Position numbers and translations under genes: made by a program. A stretch of 64,000 nucleotides of DNA from an uncultured Solibacteraceae bacterium (GTDB lineage: Bacteria; Acidobacteriota; Vicinamibacteria; Vicinamibacterales; SCN-69-37). The notes under the pieces are model-generated. The model searched no databases, had not been told where the DNA came from, and was given only the letters and a program-made list of their open reading frames with translations. Where the stretch lies: the NCBI GenBank assembly GCA_964423815.1, contig CAYRGW010000002.1, positions 4,590 to 68,589 on the forward strand. The letters run 5' to 3'. Positions 43,968 to 53,805 of the stretch are shown in pieces (within the stretch, counting starts at the first letter, position 1; each line of letters starts with the position of its first letter).

Positions 43968-45764
43968 TTACGACACCGAGGAGACCGATTCCAGATGCAC
44001 CTGCAGTCGCAGCAACCGCACATCGCGACTGGCGCATAGTTCCTCCAACTCCCGGAGCCGCCCCTGGTCCATCAACCGTGTGGAGATCACGACCTGGTCC
44101 ACCGCGCCATTTTCAATCAACGTCACCAGACTGTCGTAGCCGCCCAGCACCGGATATCCCATGACGCGGGCCCCGTGCGTGTCGCGATCATCATCGGCAA
44201 ACCCGATCAACCTCGCCGGCGGCCGTTCCGGGGCGGACAGCTCACGGACCGTCATGGCGCCCGCCTCGCCCGCACCATAGATCAGAATCCGATCGCCCAG
44301 CCGACGTCGCCGCACAAACTCCGCCATGAGTCTGAACGAGGCGCGGCTTCCAGTCGCCAGCAACATCAACAGTGCTGCGTAGATGACAAACACCGCCCGC
44401 GAGTAGGAATAAAACCGAAACAGGTAGAGGATCGCGAACAAGATCGTCAGCGTCCCCACGCCGACCGCCTTCCCGATCGCCACCGCGTCCATGATGCTGA
44501 AATGGCGCCAGACGCCCCGGTAGACCCCCATCAGGAAAAACACGGGCAACTGGATCCCCAGCACGATCGGGAGGCTCTGCAGGAACAGGGGGAAATATTC
44601 GACGAGCCAGACGCCTTCAAACCGCAGGCGATACGCCCAGTAGTACGCCGCGGAAATCAACACGAAGTCGAGGAGCACTTCGGCAACCCGGCGTTTGTTC
44701 ATGAACTCGACGAGGATCGTCGTGACACGCCCGGACCGCAAGACCGACACTTCATCTTTGCCGTAGACACGGACCCGGGTCAGAAACACGGCAAACAGCA
44801 CCATCGAAGCCAGAAACAACGCAACGGCAAACAGGCCTCCGTCGGTGGTGAGGCGCTGCACCCCCCATGCCGCGAGCCCACCCAGCGCCGCCAGCGTCCA
44901 CAGGACCATCACGGCCGTGCGCTCGGGCAGGCCGATGGCCACCAATCGATGCGACGAATGGTCGCGGCCGCCGTGCCAGGCCCGTCGACCCGACAACGTG
45001 CGCATCGCCGTGACCAGCACCATGTCAAAAATCGGAATCATCAGGACCAGCGCCGGTACCGCCACCACGGCAAGGATGCCCGACTCACTGGAGCCGCCAC
45101 GCAGGGCCAGCGACATGGTGGCCAGCGTCAGGCCGATGAAGAGGCTCCCGCTGTCTCCCATGAAGATGGAGGCGGGGTGAAAGTTGTAGACCAGGAACCC
45201 GGCCACCGCGCCAACCATGGCTGCCAGAAACATCGCCTGCGGGAGCGCGGCATCGACGGGGCCATGCCCGATCAGCAGGCTGAGGCCCGCGACGATGCCC
45301 ACGCCGGCGCACAGGCCATCCATGTTGTCGAGCAGGTTGAGGGCGTTGGTAATCGCGACCAACCAGAACACGGTCGCCACCATGTCGAGAGCCTCGGCTT
45401 CAAACCAGCCAAGACGGAGATCGAAGTAGACGAGCACCGACGCCAGCGCCAGTTGCGCCACCAGTTTGGTCGCGGGTTTGAGGGGGATCAGGTCGTCGGT
45501 GAATCCGACGATAAAAATGCCGAAACCCGTGGCGGCGAACAACAGGACATCACCAAGCGGCCGGATGAAAAAAAGCGCGCACATCGTGGCCAGCACAATG
45601 GCCACGCCGCCAAACAACGCCGTCGGTTCACGATGCCACCGGTCGGCGGTCGGGCGGGCCACCCGGCCGGTCCGGCGGGCAACCGCGCGGCAGGCCGGCA
45701 CGAGCACCAGCGACAGTGCGAAGGCGCCTCCAAAGTAGGCGGCGAGCGTCCACCACGCAGTCAC
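43968..45764 (-). CDS. WecA/MraY-family polyprenyl-phosphate HexNAc-1-P transferase fused to a 4-TM plus Rossmann-like module
   Basis: 598 aa. N-terminal half: FTDDLIPL, NALNLLDNMDGL, NFHPASIFMGDSGS. C-terminal half: LLDFVLISAAYYWAYRLRF.., RILIYGAGEAG..GFADDD. Confidence 0.8.
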   Translation of the reverse strand: MTAWWTLAAYFGGAFALSLVLVPACRAVARRTGRVARPTADRWHREPTALFGGVAIVLATMCALFFIRPLGDVLLFAATGFGIFIVGFTDDLIPLKPATKLVAQLALASVLVYFDLRLGWFEAEALDMVATVFWLVAITNALNLLDNMDGLCAGVGIVAGLSLLIGHGPVDAALPQAMFLAAMVGAVAGFLVYNFHPASIFMGDSGSLFIGLTLATMSLALRGGSSESGILAVVAVPALVLMIPIFDMVLVTAMRTLSGRRAWHGGRDHSSHRLVAIGLPERTAVMVLWTLAALGGLAAWGVQRLTTDGGLFAVALFLASMVLFAVFLTRVRVYGKDEVSVLRSGRVTTILVEFMNKRRVAEVLLDFVLISAAYYWAYRLRFEGVWLVEYFPLFLQSLPIVLGIQLPVFFLMGVYRGVWRHFSIMDAVAIGKAVGVGTLTILFAILYLFRFYSYSRAVFVIYAALLMLLATGSRASFRLMAEFVRRRRLGDRILIYGAGEAGAMTVRELSAPERPPARLIGFADDDRDTHGARVMGYPVLGGYDSLVTLIENGAVDQVVISTRLMDQGRLRELEELCASRDVRLLRLQVHLESVSSVS

Positions 45765-45776
45765 GGCGTCACGTCC

Positions 45777-46838
45777 TTAACTCGTTTCTCTCCGACGGGA
45801 CCGCCCCGACCGAACGGGTGTGGCCCCAAGTTCCTTGATGGCGGCCTGCACATAATCGAGTGACGTCAACAATCGGGTAATCCCCGGCACGTCGAGGCGC
45901 ACGGTATTGTGGGACGTGTAGTCGTCAAGGTCGGACACCCGTTGCTCCCCTTCCGCGACGTATTTTCGGTAATTGAGGTCCCGGCCATCAGCCGCCACCC
46001 GGAAATACCGGCCCATTTCCTCGGCTCGCGCCATTTCTTCACGCGACACCAGGGTTTCATACAACTTTTCACCGTGCCGGGTGCCAATCACCACAGGCTT
46101 GCCGCGCCGGCCAAACAGCTGCTGAATCGACGTGGCGAGGTCTCCGATGGTCGAGGCCGGTGCCTTTTGTATGAACAGGTCCCCCTGACGCGCGTGTTTG
46201 AAGGCATGCAGCACCAGGTCCACCGAGTCTTCCAGGGACATCAGGAATCGTGTCATCTTGGGATCGGTAATCGTCAGCGGCGCGCCGCTCCTGAGCTGGT
46301 CGATAAAGAGCGGAATCACCGACCCGCGCGATGCCATGACGTTGCCGTAGCGGGTCGCACACACCACGGGCCCACCCTTCGGGATGCCGCGTGACCGCGC
46401 GACCATCACCTTTTCGGCCAGCGCTTTCGACATCCCCATGGCATTGATGGGGTACGCCGCCTTGTCGGTGCTCAGCACCACGACACGTTTGACACGATTG
46501 TCGATCGCCGCCGACAACACGTTGTCGGTGCCCATCACATTCGTGCGGACCGCCTCCATGGGATAAAACTCGCACGACGGCACCTGCTTGAGGGCGGCAG
46601 CGTGGAAGACGATGTCCACGCCAACCATGGCGCGGCTGACGCTGTCGGCATCCCGCACGTCGCCCAGGTAGTACTTCACCTTGTCGTTCGCGAGGGCCAC
46701 CCGCATGTCCTCTTGTTTTTTTTCGTCGCGACTGAAGATGCGGATCTCGCGCACCCCCGTCTTCAGGAACCGGTTCAGCACCGCGTTCCCGAATGACCCC
46801 GTCCCACCGGTGATCATCAACACACGACCATCAAACAT
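45777..46838 (-). CDS. UDP-GlcNAc 4,6-dehydratase/5-epimerase (CapE/FnlA/WbjB family)
   Basis: 353 aa from ATG 46838. LMITGGTGSFGN, FSRDEKKQ, STDKAAYPINAMGMSKA, YGNVMASRGSVIP. Confidence 0.88.
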   Translation of the reverse strand: MFDGRVLMITGGTGSFGNAVLNRFLKTGVREIRIFSRDEKKQEDMRVALANDKVKYYLGDVRDADSVSRAMVGVDIVFHAAALKQVPSCEFYPMEAVRTNVMGTDNVLSAAIDNRVKRVVVLSTDKAAYPINAMGMSKALAEKVMVARSRGIPKGGPVVCATRYGNVMASRGSVIPLFIDQLRSGAPLTITDPKMTRFLMSLEDSVDLVLHAFKHARQGDLFIQKAPASTIGDLATSIQQLFGRRGKPVVIGTRHGEKLYETLVSREEMARAEEMGRYFRVAADGRDLNYRKYVAEGEQRVSDLDDYTSHNTVRLDVPGITRLLTSLDYVQAAIKELGATPVRSGRSRRRETS

Positions 46839-48084
46839 CCGCGACACGACCCCTCCGAATTCGCAAGTCCAGCAGTTCGACGAGGCGTCTCGCCTGCCGC
46901 CCGGCCTCAAAGTGCTCGAGAAAGTAGGCACGCCCGGCTGCGCCAAGCTGCCGACGATCCTCTATAGACATGGCGCGCAAGGCCCGGACACGCTCGGCAA
47001 GGGCCACCGCGTCCCCGGCCGGGCAGGTGAGCCCCGCGCCAGCCTCTGACACTATACGCGCCCCCTCGCCGTCCAAAGAGGCGATTATGGGCCGCCCCGC
47101 GGCCAGATACGCCTGCACCTTGCCAGGCACCGTCAGGGCAAAAATTTCGTCCGGGTTCAGGCTGACGACCACGGCCTCGGCCTCACGATAGATGGCCGGC
47201 ATCACCGTCATCGGAAATCGCCCCGCCAGCACCACGTTGGTCAGGCCAAGGGCCTCCACCCGTTCGCGGATCCAGTCGAGCCGGCTGCCACTGCCAACAA
47301 ACACCAGCTTGACGTCGTCGAGGTCGCGGAACAGGCGCGCGGCTTCCACGAGGGTGTCAACCGCCTGCACCGTGCCGATATTGCCCGCGAACACAATGCA
47401 GAAGTCGCGCCGCAGGAGGGCGACCAACTCGGCGGGGAGTATGGACTCCCCTGTGTCCGTTGCGGCGTCACTGTCGCCCGGCAAGGCGTTGGCGTAATAA
47501 AACGTCTTGCCTCCGGCGCCATACCGCGCGACCCGATCAAAAAACCCGCGCGACGGCACGAGGATGGTGTCCGCACTGGCGTATATCCAACGCACCATCA
47601 CACCGACGAGCGACAAGGCAAACCGATTGCGCACGTACCCGGTCGCCGCCAGACTCTCAGGCCACAGATCCTGCACCCAGATCGCAAGATGTCCGCCGAG
47701 CCGGCGTTTGAGCCACATCGCTGGGATCGCCATGGTCAACGGCGACGGCGCAAAAACGACGATGGCGTCAAAGGTCTGTCCACGCAGCAGCGAGGGCATC
47801 CAGCGGACACCCGACCAGACAAACGAAAAGTAGTTGCGGATCAGATTCAGCGCGCCACCCGATCGACGGCCACGCATCGGCACACGGTGGACGGGCAGCG
47901 TGCCATCAAGCAGCTCCGTCTGTGTGCCGGTCTCCGTATAACCGGGAAACACCTGGCCGTCGGGATAGTTGGGTTTCCCCGTGGCAACCACCACCTCGTG
48001 GCCCTGATCACGAAGGGTGCGACACAGGTCGGTGATGATGAACGATTCGGGCCAGAAGTACTGGCTGACGACGAGGAGCTTCAC
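46831..48084 (-). CDS. glycosyltransferase family 4 (WbuB/WcaI-like)
   Basis: Start at GTG 48084 (GTGA overlap). VKLLVVSQYFWPESFIITDL..GHEV.V.TG.PNYP. Confidence 0.8.
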   Translation of the reverse strand: MKLLVVSQYFWPESFIITDLCRTLRDQGHEVVVATGKPNYPDGQVFPGYTETGTQTELLDGTLPVHRVPMRGRRSGGALNLIRNYFSFVWSGVRWMPSLLRGQTFDAIVVFAPSPLTMAIPAMWLKRRLGGHLAIWVQDLWPESLAATGYVRNRFALSLVGVMVRWIYASADTILVPSRGFFDRVARYGAGGKTFYYANALPGDSDAATDTGESILPAELVALLRRDFCIVFAGNIGTVQAVDTLVEAARLFRDLDDVKLVFVGSGSRLDWIRERVEALGLTNVVLAGRFPMTVMPAIYREAEAVVVSLNPDEIFALTVPGKVQAYLAAGRPIIASLDGEGARIVSEAGAGLTCPAGDAVALAERVRALRAMSIEDRRQLGAAGRAYFLEHFEAGRQARRLVELLDLRIRRGRVADV

Positions 48085-49238
48085 GCGTGTCCCACAGGAT
48101 GATGGTCCCGCGCGACCGCCGCCAGGAACGTAAACGTTTCGGTCGCACAGCGGGTCCACGAATACGCCGCGGACTCGCGGAACGCGGCGCTCGCCAGGGC
48201 CGCCCGCCAGTCGGGATCGTCGAGGAGTGCGGCGAGGGTCGCCTCGATGTCGGCCGCGTCCTCCGGATCAAAATACACGCCGGCCTCCCCCAGCAACTCG
48301 GGCATGGCCGACCGTCGCGAACACGCGATCGGCAGGCCCGCCGACATCGCCTCTGTGAGGATCTGCCCGAACGACTCGCAGCTTGAGGCAAAAATGAAGG
48401 CCTCGGCCTCGGCATAGTGGCGATGCAACTGGGCGTAGTCGACAGGTCCGAGATACCGAATGGTGGTGCCGGCGGGATCGAGGTGCCGCAGGACCGCAGA
48501 GAGTTTTGCGACCTCACCCGGCGAACCCGGGCCGACCAGGTCCAGTGTGACCGGGCGTCCCTGGCGCCGCAGCCGCATCACGGCATCCGCCACCACCGTC
48601 TGATGTTTGTACGGCAGGAGTGCGGAGACATAGAGCAGACGAAAGGGCTGCTCAGGCGAACAATCGTGCATCGCCCGTTGTGGGCGAGGCGCGGCGGCAA
48701 ACCTGGGATCGAGTCCGTGCGGAACCACCGCAGCCTTGCCGGGCAGCGCCCCGAGGGTCGCGGCGATAAACGCACGCGCGTGTTCCGTCAGAAAGATCAC
48801 GCCGTCCGCCTGTCGAAATGTGCGGCTCTGGGTGCGCGCGAGCAACAACATCTTGAGCGTCATGGGCGACCAGCCAAACCGGCGCAGTTCCGCCCACTCA
48901 AACGGCAACAGATTCTGGTTGAAGGCCACCATGGGGCGGAACCGCCCTGTGTAGGACCCTCCCGGGGAAAAGAGCATGTCGCAGCCAGCCGCGCGAACGG
49001 CGCGCGTCAACTGCGTGACCTGCCACGCGGTGCGAAACGGCAGTGCCCGATCCAGCATGGGCACATGACGGACGTCCAACCAGGGGCGGGCCGGCAACAA
49101 GGACGCCGTCTGCCGGCCACACCAGACGATGACGCGTGTGAATCCATGACTCAGGGGATCGGCTGCGGCCAGCAATTCCACAAGATGTGTCAGCCCGCCG
49201 CCGGCGCGGATGTTCGCGGCGTCAATGCCCAGAATCAC
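48081..49238 (-). CDS. glycosyltransferase family 4
   Basis: 385 aa. MILGIDAANIRAGGGLTHL.., C-terminal E.FG..L.EAM..G.P motif (ESFGQILTEAMSAGLPI). Confidence 0.8.
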   Translation of the reverse strand: MILGIDAANIRAGGGLTHLVELLAAADPLSHGFTRVIVWCGRQTASLLPARPWLDVRHVPMLDRALPFRTAWQVTQLTRAVRAAGCDMLFSPGGSYTGRFRPMVAFNQNLLPFEWAELRRFGWSPMTLKMLLLARTQSRTFRQADGVIFLTEHARAFIAATLGALPGKAAVVPHGLDPRFAAAPRPQRAMHDCSPEQPFRLLYVSALLPYKHQTVVADAVMRLRRQGRPVTLDLVGPGSPGEVAKLSAVLRHLDPAGTTIRYLGPVDYAQLHRHYAEAEAFIFASSCESFGQILTEAMSAGLPIACSRRSAMPELLGEAGVYFDPEDAADIEATLAALLDDPDWRAALASAAFRESAAYSWTRCATETFTFLAAVARDHHPVGHA

Positions 49239-50583
49239 GTCGCACCCACATGACGGCGGTCAACGCGCCGAGGAAGATAAACGGCGCCGCACTTCTGAAT
49301 CCGAGTGCGCAGCCCAGGACCAGCAGCATCAACGTCATGAACCTGTGCCGTACCTCCGGCGACAGGTCACGGGTCAGTCGCGCGACAGGTCTCGCAAACG
49401 CCAGGATGAACAACGCGGTCCCCACGAGACCACTTTCATAGAGCAGGCGCACAAACTGGGAGTTGGGATTGCCGGCCTGTGTGGCGTCGGTCACCAGCCG
49501 GCTGTTCGCTGCGGCCGCGGACCCGAGTCCGGATCCAATCACGACCGGCAGCAGATCCCCATCACGAACCTTCAACACCAGGTCGTAGACCGGATAGACA
49601 CTGTCTCCCTGTGATGCCAGCGCGCCGGGCAACGCGTCCCGCTGCTCAAGGGCCTGCCAGACTCCTTGCAGGTTGGCCGCGTACATCTGCGCGCGCGGCA
49701 GGTTGCGGACGGCCAGCACCGTCAACACGCCCACCACCAACACCACCGTCACCAGCCGGAGAATGCGGCGAACGGACATACGCCGCAACGTCTGCGCCAC
49801 AAACATGGCCACAAACGCGGCGATCCCGAAAAACCCCGCCGCACTCTGGGTGAGCATGGCCGCCACAATGATCAGCGGCGTCCAGCCGCGCCACAACCGA
49901 CGCCCCTGATACCACGCACGCAGGTGCAACATCGCGAGACCAAGGAACAGGAACACAAACGCGTGGCGCGGTTCCCCGGCCAGACCATGAAACCGGACGC
50001 CAACCATTCGCAGGTCGTACAGGTGGCGCGGCACGATTTCCACACCCAGCAACGCGGCCGATGAGAGGCCAATCACGCCGACCACAAACGACAGCACAAA
50101 CATGCCGCCAAACACTTTGAAGAGATAGTCCAGTTGGCGGGGCGTCCGGAGCATGGTCCTGGGCAGGACCACGAAATACCAGAAGTAGTACACCGCGATG
50201 ACGTACTCAAACAGCGGCCGCACCAGCGCTGAGTTCAGCGTCGACGCATACGTCACAATGCCGGAGGGATCCGGCAGCGGCACGTCAAACGCTCCCGACA
50301 AGACGCCGATGACACCCGCCACGACGGCGAGGCCCACGTACTCAAGATAGGTGTGGTCGAGCGACCATCTCCACGACGATCGAGGCAGACGTATCTGCGG
50401 AGTGAGCAACCGCACGACGAGGCGCGCCACCAGCACAAACACCACCACGGCCTGCAGCAGGCGTGAGACGTTGCCGGTCACGCCGGTCACATTGCTGGCG
50501 AACAGGACAAAAAAGAGCATCGGCTCGAGCACCACGGACCAAACGTAGAGTTTGGTCAGTCGGGGCACACGGTCAGTGCTCAT
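49222..50583 (-). CDS. polytopic membrane protein, O-antigen polymerase (Wzy)-like
   Basis: 453 aa, about 11 TM. Position inside the glycan operon. No strong motif. Confidence 0.55.
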   Translation of the reverse strand: MSTDRVPRLTKLYVWSVVLEPMLFFVLFASNVTGVTGNVSRLLQAVVVFVLVARLVVRLLTPQIRLPRSSWRWSLDHTYLEYVGLAVVAGVIGVLSGAFDVPLPDPSGIVTYASTLNSALVRPLFEYVIAVYYFWYFVVLPRTMLRTPRQLDYLFKVFGGMFVLSFVVGVIGLSSAALLGVEIVPRHLYDLRMVGVRFHGLAGEPRHAFVFLFLGLAMLHLRAWYQGRRLWRGWTPLIIVAAMLTQSAAGFFGIAAFVAMFVAQTLRRMSVRRILRLVTVVLVVGVLTVLAVRNLPRAQMYAANLQGVWQALEQRDALPGALASQGDSVYPVYDLVLKVRDGDLLPVVIGSGLGSAAAANSRLVTDATQAGNPNSQFVRLLYESGLVGTALFILAFARPVARLTRDLSPEVRHRFMTLMLLVLGCALGFRSAAPFIFLGALTAVMWVRRDSGH

Positions 50584-51461
50584 GGCGTCTGCAGTCCGAC
50601 GATCGCCTCAAAACGCCGACGCCGTGATGCCGAATGCAACTCGGTGATGCCGCCCACCGCCGCCCGGACACGGGCCAGCGGCATGACGGCCTCGATGTTG
50701 GACCGGTCGATCGCGAAGGGATTGCCGTGTGGTCGCAGGGGCGAGGCAAATGTCGTGAAGGCACAGTCGTAGGTCTGCTGCACCAGGGCAAACCCTCGCG
50801 CGGAGTAGTTCTCCACCGCACCAAACGGCCAGCAGAAGGTGCGAACCGCCGTGCCGAGCCCATCCTCCATCCGCCGCTGTGCGCCGACGATCTCCTGGTC
50901 GAACTGCTCCGGGGTCAACCCATCACCAATCGACTGGTGCGTCATCGTGTGACAGCCGATGGTGTGCCCGCGCCGGACGAGATCACGCGCGTCCGCCCAC
51001 GACATCGGCAGGAAGTCCTCCGTGCTCCAGGACGAGGGCGGCGCCCCTGCAAAGATTCGATCTTCGGCAAACGTCCGCGCGTCGGTGGGAGTCGAAGCGA
51101 GATCGGGATAGGCGGCCGGCACAAAAAAGAACCCCGGCACGCCCACCTCGTCGAGAACATCAGCCGCCACGGTGTAGTGATTCTTGAAGCCGTCGTCGAA
51201 CGTCAGGAGCAGACCGGGTCGAGTCAGGCTCCGCCCGCCGGCGAGATACGCCGTGAGTCCGGCCCCGTCGAGGATCTCAAAGTGGTCACGGAGATAACGG
51301 ATCTGACGCTGGAACGACGCCCGGTCCATCTCACGGGTGGCGTGATAGTTCACGGCGCGGACCATCGGTCCACGGAGCCACTGGCTGTTCATGACGCGCG
51401 AGACGACCCAGACCAGGCCGCTGACGTCGAGCCCGGTGGCCACCAGATCACGTTTGTTCAT
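50580..51461 (-). CDS. polysaccharide deacetylase (CE4) family protein
   Basis: Start at ATG 51461 (ATGA overlap). LLLTFDDGFKNHY, GCHTMTH. Confidence 0.8.
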   Translation of the reverse strand: MNKRDLVATGLDVSGLVWVVSRVMNSQWLRGPMVRAVNYHATREMDRASFQRQIRYLRDHFEILDGAGLTAYLAGGRSLTRPGLLLTFDDGFKNHYTVAADVLDEVGVPGFFFVPAAYPDLASTPTDARTFAEDRIFAGAPPSSWSTEDFLPMSWADARDLVRRGHTIGCHTMTHQSIGDGLTPEQFDQEIVGAQRRMEDGLGTAVRTFCWPFGAVENYSARGFALVQQTYDCAFTTFASPLRPHGNPFAIDRSNIEAVMPLARVRAAVGGITELHSASRRRRFEAIVGLQTP

Positions 51462-52738
51462 CGTCCCCGCATTACCTGTTCGGCCGCCTTGCGTCCACTC
51501 AGGATGGCCTCGTCGCTCCAGAGGTACGCCCACTCGCCATACCGGCCGCACGGCCGGATGCCGTGGGCTTCAAGGTAGGTATGAATCGTCTTGACGGCCG
51601 CGCGCCGGTCCGCGTCGAAGATGACGTAGCCGTATTTGATTGGAATGGTTTCGCTGAAGACGATCTCGTCGTCCGGGCGCAGGACACCGGCCTTCCGCAG
51701 ATCGGCCTCCGCCCGCGCGGTCATTTCTTCCCGCGACGGCGGCCACGGATCGTTGGGGCCGAACGCGATTTCGCACGACACCGAACTGCAGCCGTCCGGC
51801 ACCATCTTCGGCCCCTTGTTGAAGGGGAAACTGATCCGGAAGAACGAATACTCGCGCTCCGGATAATAGATCCAGTGTTTGGTCGTCAGCCCCGGGCGGT
51901 TGATGCCGAAATTAACGACAAAGATCGAGTTGCAACGCAACCGGCTGGCGGCTTCCACCACGTCGGACGGTGGGTCCACCAGCAACTTGACCACCTCGGG
52001 CAGCGGCAACGTGCTCAGGCAGGTCTCGTACGGAATCACCTCATGGTGATTAAATTCGACCTGGCGCCGGCGGGCATCGATGCGTGTGACCCGCATGCCC
52101 ACGCGCGTGCGTTCGGTCACGGTCGACGCGATCGATTCGCCAATCGTGCCGAAGCCGCCACGATCGGGATACAAAAACTCGGCATTGATGCCGAACCCTT
52201 TGGTCTGATCGCGGAGCGCGCCCTCCAGCACTTCGTCGAGGCTCGGGCGGGGATGACGCACACTCACCCACTCTGTTGTGAGTGTGCGCGCGGGGACACC
52301 CCAGAACTTCTCGCTGTAGGGCACCATGAAGTGTGAAGCGATCCCCTTCCCGAACATGAAGTGAATCCAGTCTTCGTAGTGTTTGATGGCGTCACGATCG
52401 GTGAATTCGTTCTGGATGAATCCGATCAGGCAGTCCTTGACGATATCGATGGGCAGGCCGTAGGTGTTGGCCTGGAACGGATACCGGGTCATCGCGCCGA
52501 ACGACTGAATCCACGCTTCACGCACCCGCGGCTGAAGATTCGCCCCGGTCTTCGCCAGCAGGTCCAGCACATAGGCGTTTTTGGTGTGCAGCACGTGAAT
52601 GCCTTCATCAAAAACAAACCCGTTGTTGCGACTCGACTTGGCGTGGCCGCCGGTGCGGGCCTCGCCCTCGAAGACCAGTCCGTCACTATGGTGGGCGGCG
52701 GTCAACCCGGCCAGACCACCACCAAGAATCATCAACAT
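51458..52738 (-). CDS. FAD-dependent oxidoreductase (amine-oxidase / UDP-galactopyranose-mutase-like fold)
   Basis: Start near 52738/52732. MILGGGLAGLTAA dinucleotide motif. Common accessory enzyme type in glycan loci. Substrate unknown. Confidence 0.6.
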   Translation of the reverse strand: MLMILGGGLAGLTAAHHSDGLVFEGEARTGGHAKSSRNNGFVFDEGIHVLHTKNAYVLDLLAKTGANLQPRVREAWIQSFGAMTRYPFQANTYGLPIDIVKDCLIGFIQNEFTDRDAIKHYEDWIHFMFGKGIASHFMVPYSEKFWGVPARTLTTEWVSVRHPRPSLDEVLEGALRDQTKGFGINAEFLYPDRGGFGTIGESIASTVTERTRVGMRVTRIDARRRQVEFNHHEVIPYETCLSTLPLPEVVKLLVDPPSDVVEAASRLRCNSIFVVNFGINRPGLTTKHWIYYPEREYSFFRISFPFNKGPKMVPDGCSSVSCEIAFGPNDPWPPSREEMTARAEADLRKAGVLRPDDEIVFSETIPIKYGYVIFDADRRAAVKTIHTYLEAHGIRPCGRYGEWAYLWSDEAILSGRKAAEQVMRGR

Positions 52739-53805
52739 ACAAAACTCCGAGTCCGACCGGCGTACCGCAAGCGGCGCACACGTTCGTTCAACGCCGAGGC
52801 GAACGGTCGCAGGCCGGGGATCAACAAAGGGGAACCTGTAAACAACGCGGCATACACGATCGCCGCCGGAAAGGCCGCCAGTGCGCCGGCCCATTTCACG
52901 CCGGGCCCCAGCCGCCCGTAGACCACCTTTCGCATGGTGTCCATCTCGGCGGATGTGAGTGAGAGGTCCTGGCCCACACGGTCAAGCGTGGTCTCGACAC
53001 CACGAATCAGGGCGACGACGTCGGCCTTGGACGAGGCGCGGCGCCACCAGGCATCCTCGAGCCGCAGCAACGAACCGAGGCCCGCCACATCGGTGCCGTC
53101 GGTGAACCGCGCGAGCATCGCGTCGTGCAGGTCCTGTGTGCGTTTCCACTGCAACGCGTATTTCGTCACGGACTGTCGCGCGGCGTGGTCGCGCTGGCCC
53201 ACCAGGTACTCCGGCACGACGCCGGCACTTTTGCCTTTCAACGCCATCCGCATGGTGGTTTCAAAATCCTCGACCGGCGACATCGACGGATCAAACCCGC
53301 CCGCGTCGAGCATCGCCTGCCGTTTGAACATGATCGACGGGTGCCAGATCGGACACTTGCCCACCAGGAGCGGCCCCAGGAATCCCCCGTCATCGTCGAC
53401 AGAGGTCCGCCAGTTCCGCAGCCGCTCGCCGTCATGGTTCAGGCCGTATTCCCAGGTGCACGTGATATCGAGATGCGGGCGTTCACGCATGTACGCCAGC
53501 TGCGCCTCAAGCCGGCGCGGCATCGAGACATCGTCCTGATCGAGTCGCGCGATGTACTCGGCGCGGGCCAGTTCGATCCCGCGATTCATGGTGCGCGCGG
53601 TCCCGAGGTTCGGATTGTTTTCGATGAGGCGGATCCTCGGGTCCCCATACGACTTGATGCAGGCGACCGACTCGTCGGTGCTGGCGTCGTTGATGATCAG
53701 GAACTCGAAGTCGGTGAAGGTCTGCGCCAGAATGCTTTCAATGGCGGGCTTCAGGTGGGGCAGCCCGTTGTACACGGGCATGAGGACGGTGACGGCCGGA
53801 GTCAT
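52732..53805 (-). CDS. glycosyltransferase family 2
   Basis: 357 aa. VTVLMPVYNG..L..A..S.L.QT..DFEFLIINDASTD, ARLDQDD. Confidence 0.88.
   Translation of the reverse strand: MTPAVTVLMPVYNGLPHLKPAIESILAQTFTDFEFLIINDASTDESVACIKSYGDPRIRLIENNPNLGTARTMNRGIELARAEYIARLDQDDVSMPRRLEAQLAYMRERPHLDITCTWEYGLNHDGERLRNWRTSVDDDGGFLGPLLVGKCPIWHPSIMFKRQAMLDAGGFDPSMSPVEDFETTMRMALKGKSAGVVPEYLVGQRDHAARQSVTKYALQWKRTQDLHDAMLARFTDGTDVAGLGSLLRLEDAWWRRASSKADVVALIRGVETTLDRVGQDLSLTSAEMDTMRKVVYGRLGPGVKWAGALAAFPAAIVYAALFTGSPLLIPGLRPFASALNERVRRLRYAGRTRSFVC

Noticed and set aside
44175-45863. 562-aa plus-strand ORF antisense to the WecA-fusion gene. Similar long antisense ORFs occur at 14898-16202, 16760-17821, 19547-20497, 20664-21641, 26765-28252, 29745-30713, 30997-31977, 55762-56865 and 61388-62527.
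   Set aside because: All lie opposite genes with strong family motifs and show Arg/His/Gly/Pro-rich composition. They are treated as non-coding shadows.
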